NCBI RefSeq assembly: GCF_006345805.1
Contig: NC_043003.1
Span: 53,630,001 to 53,694,000 of the forward strand
From: Octopus sinensis
Lineage: Eukaryota
Length of the DNA: 64,000 nt
Reading direction: 5' to 3'
In this document: piece by piece, positions 50,689 through 63,535 of the stretch
Position numbering within the stretch: position 1 is the stretch's first letter
Layout of the letters: each line of letters starts with the position of its first letter
Made by a program: the position numbers and the translations under genes
The notes under the pieces: model-generated
What the model was told of the DNA's origin: nothing
Databases searched by the model: none
Seen by the model: the letters and a program-made list of their open reading frames with translations, nothing else

Positions 50689-50736
50689 GTCTTACAGCTG
50701 TTTCTGGGATATTATGGATATCCCTTCATCAGAGAC
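50689..50736 (-). ncRNA. Minimal type I hammerhead motif in a PLE pLTR fragment (about 50630-50945)
   Basis: GTCT-CTGATGA-A-GGGATAT-CCATA-ATATCCC-A-GAAA-CAGCTG-TA-AGAC. Confidence 0.75.
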
Positions 50737-50976
50737 AGTGTGAGAAAATATTTGAGTTCGAATTGTTATGGAAAAGGAGGAGATAGGGAATATAGAGGGA
50801 AATAAGAGAATGAAAGTAGAAATAAGATATATAAAGACATTGTAGTTGCAGTTCCATTAACCGAGGACAATGGTGGATAGAAGTGGTAAAAAAGTTTCCT
50901 GTACATGGTATGTAAGTTCCGATAGCAGTTCATGTTTAGTCATTTCAAAGTATGTCTATATACGTATGTGTGTGTT

Positions 50977-51007
<31 letters not shown>

Positions 51008-51595
51008 GTATATGTATGTATGTATATATGTATGTATGTATACATATGTATGTGTATACACACACACACATATACATATTTACAAAACGATGATGATGAT
51101 GATGTATCATCATTTTGCCTTCTTTTCCATGATGGCATGGTTTGGACAGGTTGTCACATGAGTCATCTCTTATTCAGAGTTACTACCCTTCTCTACTAGT
51201 TGGAAATGTCTCTTTCATATACTCCAAGTCTTTTCATGACTGGATGCTATTTGTTTTTTGCCAGGTATTTTACAAATTATAGTGCGAACATTTATCATGG
51301 CACCAACATTTCTGCTCTAGACAGTCTCCATTCATTTGCCAAGTACTTTGACACAGGTGCATTTTATCATGCCCTCAACACTAGGAAGCATGCTTTTGTC
51401 CCCAGCAAGACTAAATGCCCCTCTCCATACTGTTTCCTCTGTTCCCCAACCATTTCACAGAGTATACGCAGAACATTTTATTATGGCACCAACAGTTGAG
51501 AATTTGTCTTTTGTAGACAAAAGAGTTCTCTCTCCTTAGTGTTGTCTCTATTTCATTAATTTGCCAGCATCAGCATGTTATTTTTGTCTTTGCTA

Positions 51596-51900
51596 GAAAA
51601 GCAGATAAGGCCGAAAATGTCGCTAGAAGCTAGGATCACCAAGCATAGATTGGCATATTTCGGTCTTATTATGCGGAGAAAATCCCTGGAGAAGGACACC
51701 ATGCTCGGAATGGTCAGTGGCAAGAGAGGAAGAGGCCGACCAAGAACCCGCTGGCTTGACACCATCAAAAGTGATACCGGAATGGACACAGCCAATCTGA
51801 AAGAAGCGACCCAGGATAGAACTGACTGGAGGACACTGATCAAACGAGTGACCGAGAGTCGACTTCGACTGAGCGGATAGAGAGAGAGATAGAAAAAGAG
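51596..51900 (+). mobile_element. RTE (BovB-like) LINE 3' end, well preserved
   Basis: SLEARITKHRLAYFGLIMRRKSLEKDTMLG.VSGKRGRGRPRTRWLDTIKSDTG..DRTDWR; (GA)n/GATA tail. Confidence 0.9.
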
Positions 51901-52979
51901 GATCAAGGAAGGGAGATAATCAGAATTATAGGAGTGAGAGGGTGATGGCAAAGGGACCAAAGGTAAATAGTAGTAGGTAGTTTTATGATGATTGCCAGTA
52001 GAAGATGTCAATGATGAGCGATTAAAAAAAAGAGTAATGAGAGGAGAGAGAGAGCATGATGGCTAACAAGAAAGAACAGGTGACAGTATTTAGGGGAAAT
52101 ACTCATGGGGATTATAGAGGAAGAGGGATAGTTGGTAAGTACATTGATAGCAAAGGAGGTGAATGAGAGATGAGATAGTAAAAGCAGTGTGTAGCTGTGT
52201 TCACTCCTCAAACATGTGGTTTTGGGTTCAGTCCCACAGCACATCGTGCAAGTGTTTTCTGTAGACCCAGGCCAACCAAAGTCTTGCAAGTTGATTTGGC
52301 AGACAGAAACTGAAAGAAACCTGTTGTGTGTGTATATTTATATAGCCATGTAACAACACATGCTTTTCTCAGACAGTTCTTTTCCTTCTCCCCAGATTTT
52401 TCCTCTTTCTGATGAAGAGCCATGCTCAAAATACCACACCCTCTCCTGTTTTCATCCTATTTTTTTCTGAGCATCAATCTAATATACTCACTGTGTACAT
52501 CCTTTTAACTTTTGTTGTTTTTCTTGTTTTTGAATTTTACATTTACTATATATATATATATGGACTAGGTTATGAAGTTCACCAAGAGTCATTGCACAAT
52601 TCCAAGTATAAAAGTAGGTCCTAGAATGAAGACACTGCATAGTAAACTAAGCAAAGACTAAAGTGTTGGTAGGTAAGAAAGCAGGACATTGATATCATCA
52701 GAGAAATAACCTTGCTTGATAAGGTGAAGAAAGGTGGGTCGGAATGATGTATGTTGTATCCAGTGTTAGAAATAGACGCAAGAAGCATAGTGGAATCATT
52801 GGTAGGGTAACTGTGAAGGCAAGTTTCATGTGCCATATACATTCAAGCAATAATCACTGAGGGTACATCAGATATAGGCTCTCTTATATGCTTGACTGAC
52901 TCACTAGAAGTAGTCAATAGTTTCTGTTGCCTAGGTAACATAATTAGCTGGGAAGAAAGGTATTAAGAAAGTATATTAG

Positions 52980-53380
52980 CCAAAATAAGAATGGCTTGGA
53001 AAAAGTTCAATAAGCTATTACTTCTGCCGGTAACAAAGGTCTCCCTCAGAATAAAAAAGTAGATTGTAAGACACTTATGATAGAACTGTGATGCTGTGTA
53101 GCAGTGAGACATGAACCTTAAATACAGAAGACACATGGAGGCTAGAAAGAAATGAAGCAAAATCAGGTGTAGTGTGCAAGAGAGAAGATCATACCGGTAT
53201 GAGTATGTGGTGTGTGTGAAGGATGACTGCTGAATAAAGAAGTGTTGAAGTAAATGGAATCTGTGGAAGATGGAGACCAAGGAAGAGTGGGCTGAAGGAG
53301 TGAAAACCAATCTTAAGGTGATGCATTTAATGAGGCATATGACAAAGCACTGAGCTGATTGAAGATATGTAGTGCTGGAG
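52980..53380 (+). mobile_element. Decayed RTE LINE fragment
   Basis: IRMAWKKFNKLL..VTKVSLRIK..TVMLCSSET, resembling the RTE post-RT region. Confidence 0.55.
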
Positions 53381-54850
53381 AAAACCTAAACATTCATAGC
53401 ACAATGTTTCCTGACAGGAAAGCAGTGTTTAGAGGCTTGAGACTTTTTCTACCCTTCTACACCTGTAGTCTACTGCCTTGCTCCCTCTCTTCAGTCTCTC
53501 CCTGTCCTTCCCTCTCTTATAACCCTTGTCCACCCTTCTCACTCATAACATCCCATCTCATGTCTCTCCACCCGACCCCACCCTGTGCTGATCATCTTCA
53601 TCACTCATCATTATCACCTTGACTCTTTCATCTTTCGTAGGCCTTTCTATAAGAGTCTGCATTGGCACACCCTCATCCCTCTATCTAGTTCTTTTAAACT
53701 TTTGCCCTTTTATACTACCAACCATTAATCTTTCCACTCTGGGTCACTTCTGTTACTTTGACGCCCTTGCTCTTCATAGGCTTATATATAAGAGATTGCA
53801 TCAGATCATCCACATCTTTCTATCCTATATACTATACTCTTTTATTTGTTTCAGTCATTTGACTGTGGCCATGCTGGAGCATCGCCTTTAGTCTAGCAAA
53901 TCGACCCCAGAACTTATTCTTTGTAAGCCTAGTACTTATTCTGTCAGTCTCTTTTGCCGAACTGCTAAGTTATGGGGATGTATACACACGCATGTACATG
54001 GGAGACTTGTTTCAGTACCTATCTACCAAATCCATTCACAAGGTTTTGGTTAGCCTTGTTACTCTAGCAGAAGATGCTTACTCAGGATTGAACCCAGAAC
54101 TAGGTGGTGAGGAAGCAAACTTTCGCCACACAGCTATGCTTGCACCTATGCTTATATCTGTATATATATATGTGTGTGTGTGAAAATAAGAAATAAAATG
54201 TGTTTTCCTTACTGTATTTCAGTGAATTAACTTCTAAGTATATTATTGCAGTCAAATAATTCAAAACTATGATAATATGCATTGAAAAGCAGATTATCTC
54301 AATCAAATTATTTCAAAGGACATTATTACATATTCCAAAAGATCATATATCCAAAATATCTTACCACAATCATATTATTTCAAGATTACAGATTCTAAAA
54401 TACAAATTATTTTAAAATCCTTTAATAAGGTCTTCAAATTCCATAGTTACAGATGATATTCATTGCAATGTATGTGTATAATGGCTCACTACTAGCTTTC
54501 ATTTAATATATAGTGCATCTACTGGATTCACATGCATTATTCATCTTCTGTGAATAATTAATAATTTTATAATAGATTTGTAACATTTTGTATTGAATCT
54601 CAGTTGTAAACATTTCATTTAGTGTTTTTATCGTTAAGTTCGTTTATCATTTATTTACTGCTTTTATCATTGAGAGGCGATATCTTGCCAAAGGTAGTGG
54701 AGCTATATCTCTACTGGTCTAGAAGTTGAGACAACCGAGAAGGGAATAAGTCCTCGATATCATCAACAAATCTAACGGCTGCTGCAGGATTGGGATGATA
54801 GTTTCAACTGTTTATTTCACTGAGGCTACTTCTAGATAATGAGATTATAT

Positions 54851-55253
54851 TACTCTTTTACTTGTTTCAGTCATTTGACTGTGGTCATACTGGAGCACCG
54901 CCTTTAGTCGCGCAAATCGACCCCAGGACTTATTCTTTGTTAGCCTAGTACTTATTCTATCGGACTCTTTTGCCGAACCACTAAGTTACAGGGATGTAAA
55001 CACACCAGCATCGGTTGTCAAGTGATGTTGCGGAGACAAACACAGACACACAAACATATACACATGCACATACATATATATATATATATATGACGGGCTT
55101 CTTTCAGTTTCCATCTACCAAATCCACTCACAAGGCTTTGGTCGGCCTGAGGCTATAGTAGAAGACACTTGCCAAAAGGTGCCACGCAGTCGGAATGAAC
55201 CCGGAACCATGTGGTGGGTAAGCAAGCTACTTACCACACAGCCACTCCTGCGC
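54851..55253 (-). mobile_element. Family-A SINE, full length
   Basis: Reverse complement of 60732-61122; another minus copy at about 53820-54150. Confidence 0.9.
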
Positions 55254-55852
55254 TTGTTTGGATTTATTGCCCAGTGGTTCACTGTTTACATCAGCCTAAC
55301 TATCTATGCTATCATAATTTTCTTTTCCTATTAAGAACCTATATGCAGGTCACCCTCTGTGTTTTCTAACCAAATTTTACAGTTATCTTCCTTGTCTTCT
55401 GTTCCACCTGTCCTTTGAAGGATATGATGAAAATCCCTTGTGTCAAATCTATTGATATTGTATCCTACCACTACATTGTGCCAAATTATTTTCAAGCTTT
55501 GTCAATAGTGGCATCCTTCATGCCTTTCCTGAAGTTGCTACATTCAACTTATCAGACTCATTACTATTTTCTTGTTATTGCTGACAGTTGTTCAAAGCAG
55601 TAAGCTGGCAGTGTTATTATTAGCATGCTGGGTCAAATACCTATCAGTGTTTCATCCATCTTTACATTCTGAGTTTAAATTCCACCGAGGTTGACTTTGC
55701 CTTTTATCCTTTCAGGGTTGATAAAATAAGTACCAGTTGAACACTGGGGTTGATGTAATCAACTTACTCTTTCCCTTGAAATTGCTGGCTTTGTGCCAAA
55801 ATTTGAAATCAGTATCCCTGAGAGTTCTTCATATTCATGTATTCTCTCTAAG

Positions 55853-55899
55853 ATCATCTAGATCATCTATCACCACCAGAACTTTATTCAGAAATATCT
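55853..55899 (+). CDS. Candidate exon 4
   Basis: Acceptor gtattctctctaag|, donor TCT|GTATGT; phase 1 to 0 continues exon 3 (DHLDHLSPPELYSEIS). Confidence 0.4.
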
Positions 55900-56017
55900 G
55901 TATGTATAATCCTTTGAAAGTTACAATTATATCCTAATCCATTAGCTGGATCATGGAGGTAGATATTAATATTAGTGGCAAGAACATACAGCTTATTTTA
56001 TTGTTATTACTTTAAAG

Positions 56018-56113
56018 TTGGTAACCAACTGGGAGAGCAGATGCAGTGTTAAAAACTAGTAGCAACTTCACTTCATCAGTAAAGTGTTTGTGGGCAATCC
56101 CTAGGAATGAAAT
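56018..56113 (+). CDS. Candidate exon 5 (needs one base removed in an A5 run to stay open)
   Basis: Acceptor tactttaaag|, donor AT|GTAAGA; the phase-0 frame stops at TAG 56057-59, but the shifted frame KTSSNFTSSVKCLWAIPRNE ends in phase 2, matching the next exon. Confidence 0.25.
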
Positions 56114-56446
56114 GTAAGAATAAAAACCTAGTTTCTTCTTAATAAACTTGTGAAATCAGGAGCCCTTTGCATATTCATCATCATCATCATTGTCCTATGT
56201 CTGCCTTCCATGCTAGCATGGGTGGGACGGTTCCACAAGAACTGGCCAGGCAGAAGCCTGCACCAGACTTCTGTGACTGAAAATCATTTAACCTCTTTGT
56301 CAATGGTTTTGATTCTTCAGTTGGTGCATTGCATGCTTCACTATGGTTAATTTATTCCTCATTCTTGGTACAGAAATATTTTATAACAGCAGATAAGAAT
56401 ATTAATTTCACCCCATTATGATCCATGATTATATTGTTGAATAAGC

Positions 56447-56670
56447 TTAAACCGTTAGCATTTGAACCAGTCATATCCAGCCAAAATATTCTACCTGTTT
56501 TATCTTCTAACTGGCTAGATCTTCCCTCTCACACTTACCCTACAAGATTATTCTAAAAATAATTACATCATTGAAACCTCAAAGCTACAAGGTGAAGCAT
56601 GACTAGTTCAAATCAATATGAATAAATAAGCATTACATTTAACAGAGAAATCTGAATGCTAAAGGGTTAA
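56447..56670. mobile_element. MITE with TTAA termini
   Basis: ttaaaccgttagcatt ... aatgctaaagggttaa. Confidence 0.8.
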
Positions 56671-57049
56671 TATTTACTATGAATCTGATAATTTTGATGA
56701 GTGTGTGACATACACTTAACATACCCTGAATATACCCTTCTACAGTACATCTATCAAATCTACTCACACTGATTTGGTTGATCCGAGGCTATAGTGGAAG
56801 ACACTTGTTCAAGGTGTCATGCAATGGGACTGAATCCAAAATCATATTGTTGTGAAGCAAGCTTCTTACCACACAACCATCCAAACAAGGAGTAGTATAG
56901 ATGTGAAATAAAAAAGTTGAAAGTACACAGAGAATATATGATGATTTATTTAGATTTTATGCTATCTCTCTCTCTCTCTCTCAATATATATATATATAAA
57001 ATAACTTCTATATAGATATATATATATATATATATATATATCATCATCA

Positions 57050-57914
57050 CAGGGTGCAATGGATAAATTGTAACCATTTTATATTTTTAATTTCATGCAT
57101 ACATATTATTTATTTTTGATTTTGTTGACTACACAGTTTAGTAGGATGAGTTGGGCACCGTCTGTGAGAAAAACAGCACCATGATGCAATTCACTCTGCC
57201 AGAAATTTGGAAACAACATGCTGTACTGCTTGGCATTCATGCTGGTAGCTCCAATATGAACATTTCAGAGTGTTTGGGAGTCAATATGAGGATAAGTACC
57301 GAGAATGATAAAAATCAAACATCCAGTCAACGTCATGGTGTTTGGAGTGATCACTAGTGATTACAATGCTGTGCTTCCATTTATCTTCCCACACGGTCCC
57401 AGACTCAACACTGATGGCTACATCAAATAACTGGAGGAGGTAGTGTGGTCCTGGGTCAGGTGGGTGGCTGCCAAAAGACTCTATATCTGGCAACAGGACT
57501 CTACACCATGCCACTTAAGCAGAACCAAGTTATGTCTGTCAGACAATTTCTGTGACCACATTACCCCTAATATCTGGCCACCTAACTCCCCAGACTGCAA
57601 CCCTCTTGATTATTATGTGTTGGATGCAGTTGAGCAAGGGAGCAACAAAACTCCTTGTAACAGTAAAGATGAACTGAAGGCAAGAAACATGGCAGCATTC
57701 CCTAACTTAAACAAGGAGACCATCCAGAAGAGTTGCAGGAGATTCTGAGGTTGTCTGGAGGCCATGGTTGAAGCCATTGGCAATTTTATTGAATAAATTT
57801 TCAAGATATTTTTATGTAATTTTGGTAAATACATCTGTTAAAATGAAATGATGAGATGTCTGTGTTATTTTCATTTTTGCATAATGTAGATGACAGTTTA
57901 TTCACCACACCCTG
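57050..57914 (+). mobile_element. Short maT (DD37D)-like mariner element with both TIRs
   Basis: cagggtgcaatggataaattgt / gacagtttattcaccacaccctg+TA; WQQDSTPCH...WPPNSPDCNPLDYYV, with 36 residues between the last two Asp in this copy. Confidence 0.88.
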
Positions 57915-59025
57915 TATGTATGTGTGTATATATATAAATATATATATATATATGTATATATATAAATATATATATATATATCATCATCATCGTTTAACGT
58001 CCGTTTTCTGCATATATATATATATGAAATAACTTTCTTATACACACACACACTTAACCGGTTTCATATTTGATTTTCAAAACTGTATGGTATGTAGAGC
58101 TGTGTTGCAAATTTATGTGTGGTGTGTGTACATGTTTTTATATATGTGTGTTGAAAATCATAAGGTCAGTATTTGTTCATCCACTTATTCTCATAATTCC
58201 ATTGATTATTTCAATTTGTAAAGTGTCCTTGAACACCAGATACAGACACCATCTAGATTTTTTTAGTACATAATTATCAGCTTATTTCATAAAATTATTG
58301 GGAGTGGAAACGGTATCATACTATATAAAATTTGATGCTTAAATAACTTAATAGTTCATACTGTGAGAGACATTTGTTGAATGTAAGATAGTAGGGTAAG
58401 TCAATTGATTACCCATACTAGTATGGGAAAATAAACCTGATAAATATAATGTGGCATATAATCAGGACAGACAAAGTTTGAACAGTTTTAAGTATATTTT
58501 CATATAGCATAATTATTTAAGAGTTTATTAAAGTGATTTTCTTATTGTAATTAGTTCAATCATTATCATTGATAATATGTGCAGCAATGAAACATCAGTT
58601 CACAGTAACATTATAATTTTGGATTATAGGTTTATATGTTGTGACTTACTTTTCGACTGCTAACATGAAAATTAATGATTTTGTAAACATTCCTTTCCTA
58701 CACAATAATACTGAATATTGCTTTTCTAAAGGTGAAATGATCTTTTTTTTTTAAAGAAAAATGCATAAAAGTCAGAAGTTCATTTATCATCATCAGCAAC
58801 AGCTGCAACAACAACAAAAACATGACCACATCATATTACGTTCATTTTCCATGCTGACATGGATTGAATGAATTGCCATGATCTGATTCATTTTTCATGT
58901 GGTGTTATTGCTCTCCTAGATAGGATACTTCTTAGTAAAACATTATATTTCAGCTTGGTTTCTACAGTTGGATACATACTCTTCCTAATGCTGTAACTTT
59001 ACTGAATGAACTAGGTGTATTTTAG

Positions 59026-59157
59026 AGAGTGTATTCAACATGGTGAAAGAATCCTTCTGAAATCTTGCGTTGTCTCCATTTGTTCACCTCTACTGGGTGA
59101 TGGTTATGACTTGAAAACTCCAAATCAGTGGACCCCTTTGATTTCTATTTTACTCGG
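59026..59157 (+). CDS. Candidate internal exon (132 nt, phase 2/2)
   Basis: Acceptor gtgtattttag|, donor CGG|GTAGGT; single open frame ECIQHGERILLKSCVVSICSPLLGDGYDLKTPNQWTPLISILLG. Confidence 0.5.
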
Positions 59158-59416
59158 GTAGGTCCCCATATCCATTTGTTGTTTAAAAAAAATTGGGTGT
59201 ATTGTGGAAGTATATCAATTTTATTGCACATAAGTTTTAGCAACAAAGTCTTATATGGATCCTGATTGAGAGCAACATATTTGGTATATTATATAAATCT
59301 GTGAGTCATTTATCTTGGCCACTAAAGTGAGGGTATAAAAAATGCAGAGGTATATTAAACACAGTCCACTTTCAGTACCGTATATTCAGGGAAAGAAGTT
59401 TTTTATGCTTTAAACT

Positions 59417-59611
59417 TCATATATAGGACTCGGGGTGATTTTTTTTGAGGACATTTCTTTTAGAAAAAGGTGCATCATAGATACTCTCAAATACAGTACT
59501 TTTGTGCCATACTGTTAAATAAATTAGATCGGAGAACAACTGAGATTTTCTTGAAAGTTTAGAATAACAGCTATACCAGGTTTGAAAATGCTTTCTCCAT
59601 GTAATCAATTT
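59417..59611 (-). CDS. Possible terminal exon of a convergent gene
   Basis: Strong minus-strand acceptor caacttttcttttcag|; open frame KLITWRKHFQTWY...HPESYI*; AATAAA at 59225-59220. Confidence 0.3.
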   Translation of the reverse strand, partial: KLITWRKHFQTWYSCYSKLSRKSQLFSDLIYLTVWHKSTVFESIYDAPFSKRNVLKKNHPESYI

Positions 59612-60731
59612 CTGAAAAGAAAAGTTGTTTTAATTGACAGCGATATAAGGTGATAGCATTTATTCTTTTGTAGAGCAATATTCAACTTGTTGAACAGGTT
59701 TAGTGGTGAATTCAATGCAGAAAGATTATAGGAAAGATTTGTGTTGTGTCTGCCAACATAAAAAATCCACCATTGATTGATGAAATATTTATATATATCT
59801 TGCAGGCTACTTCAGGTGTCCTGAAACATTTCTAGTCATTATTATTTCTGACTTAACAATTATCTGGCAGTCTTATTTCACATTAGCATAACAGCTCATC
59901 TGTTTTCCCCCTTTCCTTTAGCATTTTGTATGTGGAGTTGAAATTCTTTCAATTAAATCTTTTCACTTTAATCACCAATGCCTTTGCAGTTCCTATTCAT
60001 CAGATATATTTCCTGTAATCTGAAATATTATTTTTTGTCTTACTGGTTTCAGTCATTGTACTGTTGTTATAATGGGGTGCCCACTTCAAGTATTTTTAGT
60101 TGATCACATCAGTTCCAAATGGTTTATATTTTCTTGGTCTCTCTTGTGTATTCATCAAATGGTAAACTTTTTCTTTTTAAGCACAAAGGAGACTGATAGA
60201 CACTGTTATACACAAACACATTGACAGACAGACACTCATTTCGACTTTAAAATTTCTGTTGTTAATAAATTGTATATTACTATGGTTAGCAATCATTATT
60301 ATCCATTGAAAATTTTTTGGTATTTTTATATAAGGTAGGTGCACGTTAGTTGAGGAGTTTGATTCACAACCATATAATTTCAGGTTCAATACCATGGTGC
60401 AGAATTTGAGGTATCTTCTACTATAGCCCCAGAGTAACCAAAGTTTTGTGGATGGATTTGGTTGGCAGAAACTGAAAGAAGCCTGTTGTGTGTGTGTACA
60501 TACATGTATGTGTTTATATGTTTATGTCTACATAGTGCTTTTCCAAATGTTGCTCAGCTACAGGTGGTGGTGTTGTCATTTCCTCTATCAACAAATCATC
60601 CACTAGTCTGTGCCTTCGAAGACATAGAAAATAAGAAATCCCTTATTAGAAAAAAAAAGGTAGCAATTAGCAATATGAAGGGCATCCAGTTGTAAACACA
60701 ATGCCATGTTAATACATAATTGTAACCATAA

Positions 60732-61122
60732 GTGTAGGAGTTGCTGTGTGGTAAGTAGCTTGCTTACGAACCACATGGTTCTGGGTTCAGTCCCACTGCG
60801 TGGCACCTTGGGCAAGTGTCTTCTACTATAGCTTCGGGCTGATCAAAGCCATGTGAGTTGATTTGGTAGATGGAAACTGGAAGAAGCCCGTTGTATATAT
60901 GTGTGTGTGTGTGTATACGTTTGTGTGTCTGTGTTTGTCCCCCCAACATTGCTTGACAACCGATGCTGGTGTGTTTACGTTCCTGTAACTTAGCAGTTCA
61001 ACAAAAGAGACTGATAAAATAAGTACTAGGCTTACAAAGAATAAATCCTGGGGTTGATTTGCTCGACTAAAGGCGGTGCTCCAGCATGGTCACAGTCAAA
61101 TGACTGAAACAAGTAAAAGAGT
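60732..61122 (+). mobile_element. Family-A SINE, full length
   Basis: A/B-box head, central ccttgggcaagtgtcttct, (TG)n linker and 3' gaaacaagtaaaagag. Confidence 0.9.
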
Positions 61123-62279
61123 ATGGTAGCATGGTAAAAATGACCTTAAAAGTGAACAAATTATAAAGATGAATAGTGCCAGTTGCCACAAAAGCACCTG
61201 CCAGTGACATGTGAAAAGCACACATTATATTCTTGGAGTGGTTGGCATTAGGAAGGGCATCCAGCCATAGAAACCATGCTAATTCAGACTGGAACTTGGT
61301 GCAGCTCTCTGGCTTACCAGTTTCAGTCAAACTGTCTAACCCATGCCAGCATGGAAAGCAGACACCAAATTATAGAATTAGGTAGGCATAATTTGCCACT
61401 GCCTTTCAATTTCAGTATTAAAGCTATGCATAGTACTACTGTAGTACACATGCTGTGTACATTCCTACAACATCGTTTTCTTTACACGCTATAAAGGCAG
61501 AATTAAATCTGCCTCCAACTCAGGCATGCACCTGTGTTTTTTTTTGTGTTTTATTACATAAATGTCACCAACTACCTACCCTGAGTAATTACTGATGGCA
61601 CGTACCTGATGTGCAGGCATAGCTGTGTGGATAAGAAGCTTGCTTTGCAACCACATAGTTTCAGTTTCAGTCCTACTATGCAACACTTTGGGCAAGTGTC
61701 TTTTATTATAGCCCTCAGATAACCAGTACCATGTTAGTGAATTTGGTAGACAGAAACTATGTAGAAACCTATCTGATCATATACATATCCGAACGTGGCC
61801 GATGCCAGTACCCCCTGACTGGCTCTCGTGCTGGTGGCACATAAGAAACACTATCTGAACGTGATCGATGTCAGACCTGCCTGACTGGCTCCTGTGTCGG
61901 TGGCACATAAAAAGCACCCACTACACTCTTGGAGCGGTTGGCATTAGGAAGGGCATCCTGCTGTAGAAACCTTGCCAGATCAGATTGGAGCCTAGTACAG
62001 TCACTGGCTCTCCAGATCTCAGTCAAACCATCCAACCCATGCCAACGATGATGATGATGTATGTATTTGTGTTTGTCCTGTATCACTTGACAACCAGTGT
62101 TAGTTTTTTTATGTTTCCATAACTTAGTGGTTCAGTAAAAGAGACTGGTTGAATAAGTACTAAACTTTAGAAAATACGTACTGGAGTCAATTTGTTTGAC
62201 TAAAACCCTGCAAGGCAGTACTCCAGCATGGCTGCAATCCAATGACTGAAGCAAATAAAAGAACGAGAATGTAAGTATT

Positions 62280-63535
62280 GACATTTAATAAAGCCACAAG
62301 AATAGATGTTTACTGGAGAGCATTTTAGAAAAAGGATTTTTGATTTAATATTTAATATCATATTCTGACTTAATGAGACAAACTATTAATAACTATTTGA
62401 TTATATTATCCTAAGATTTATTGTGATGAGTATATGATAAAGCTGATGACCACAGATGCAATTGAGAATTGCCGACATGCATAAGTTCAAAGGAATATTT
62501 TGAATCATAGCTATTGAAGTTGGGTACTCAGTGAGTGCCACCCAGCATTCTGAGAACATCAATAAAACTGGTGGTCATTCTGAAAGTCCTCAATTGGCAA
62601 CCATGGAAAAGGATACATTCACTGTCATTTTGAATGTCGTTCAATAGAAATACCACATGCAGAATGGTGTCACTATCACCAAAATTTGACTAAAGTAGTT
62701 CAGGTATGTAGGATGCAATGTGCAGAAAAAAAGTCATGCCTTTCTCTGAAAAACCGATGTGCCTCTGTGTTCAGTTTGCTCAGGAGTATAAGAACTGGAT
62801 GTAATTGTACTGGTTGAAAATGTTGTGGTTGGATGAGTTTAAATTTAATTTGTTTGGATCTGAAGGTGAGCGTACAGCTAATATCACAGAGGAAAGGCAT
62901 TTCACTCAGAATGCATTAATCCTACAGCTAGGCATAGTGGTATCTTCGTTTAGGGCCCATACGTTTGGGAAAAGAGTTGGCCCCATACATCAGTACAACC
63001 AATTTAGATATCTTGAAGAAGACTATTTTTCTTTTATATGTTGAGAATCATTTAGCCTAGACATAGATCTTTCAGCATGACAGTGGCCCAAAGCATATTA
63101 TAGAAATAGTCAAGGAATTCCTCAAAAGCAATTCATGTGCTACAGGGGCCAGCACTCTCCCCATTTTAAATCCAATAGAAAACTTATGGTAACAGGTCAA
63201 TACAAATATTCACCAATGAAAACCTAGAAATTAAGTGGACTGCATGATTACAAAGCCAAAAAAATGAGAAGAAATTTTCGATAATGTGATCAAATTTATC
63301 GTTTAAAATGTGTCTTAGACGTTATTCTATTTTGAGACATCTCAGGTATGTGCTGAAATGTTAGTACTGTTTGATTTTATTCTTGGTCTTTAATTCATAC
63401 ACACCACTTTGTTATAAAAATTATAAATTTGTAGAACTAAGTGGTATGTATGAACTAAACATTATACATTTAAATCTTTAAATGTTCAAGAATTAAGTGG
63501 TGTTCATTTTTGTGGCTGTCAATAATTGTACTGGG
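62280..63535 (+). mobile_element. Decayed Tc1 (DD34E) element
   Basis: WLDEFKFNLFGSEG (cf. WSDESKFNLFGSDG), FQHDSGPKH, SP..NPIENL; right TIR ttgtggctgtcaataattgtactg with a degenerate left copy. Confidence 0.8.

Noticed and set aside
63319-63345. 27-nt symmetric exon with strong donor CAG|GTATGT
   Set aside because: It lies in the Tc1 transposase C-terminal coding end (GYVLKC*, cf. GYATKY*); exonisation cannot be shown without RNA data.
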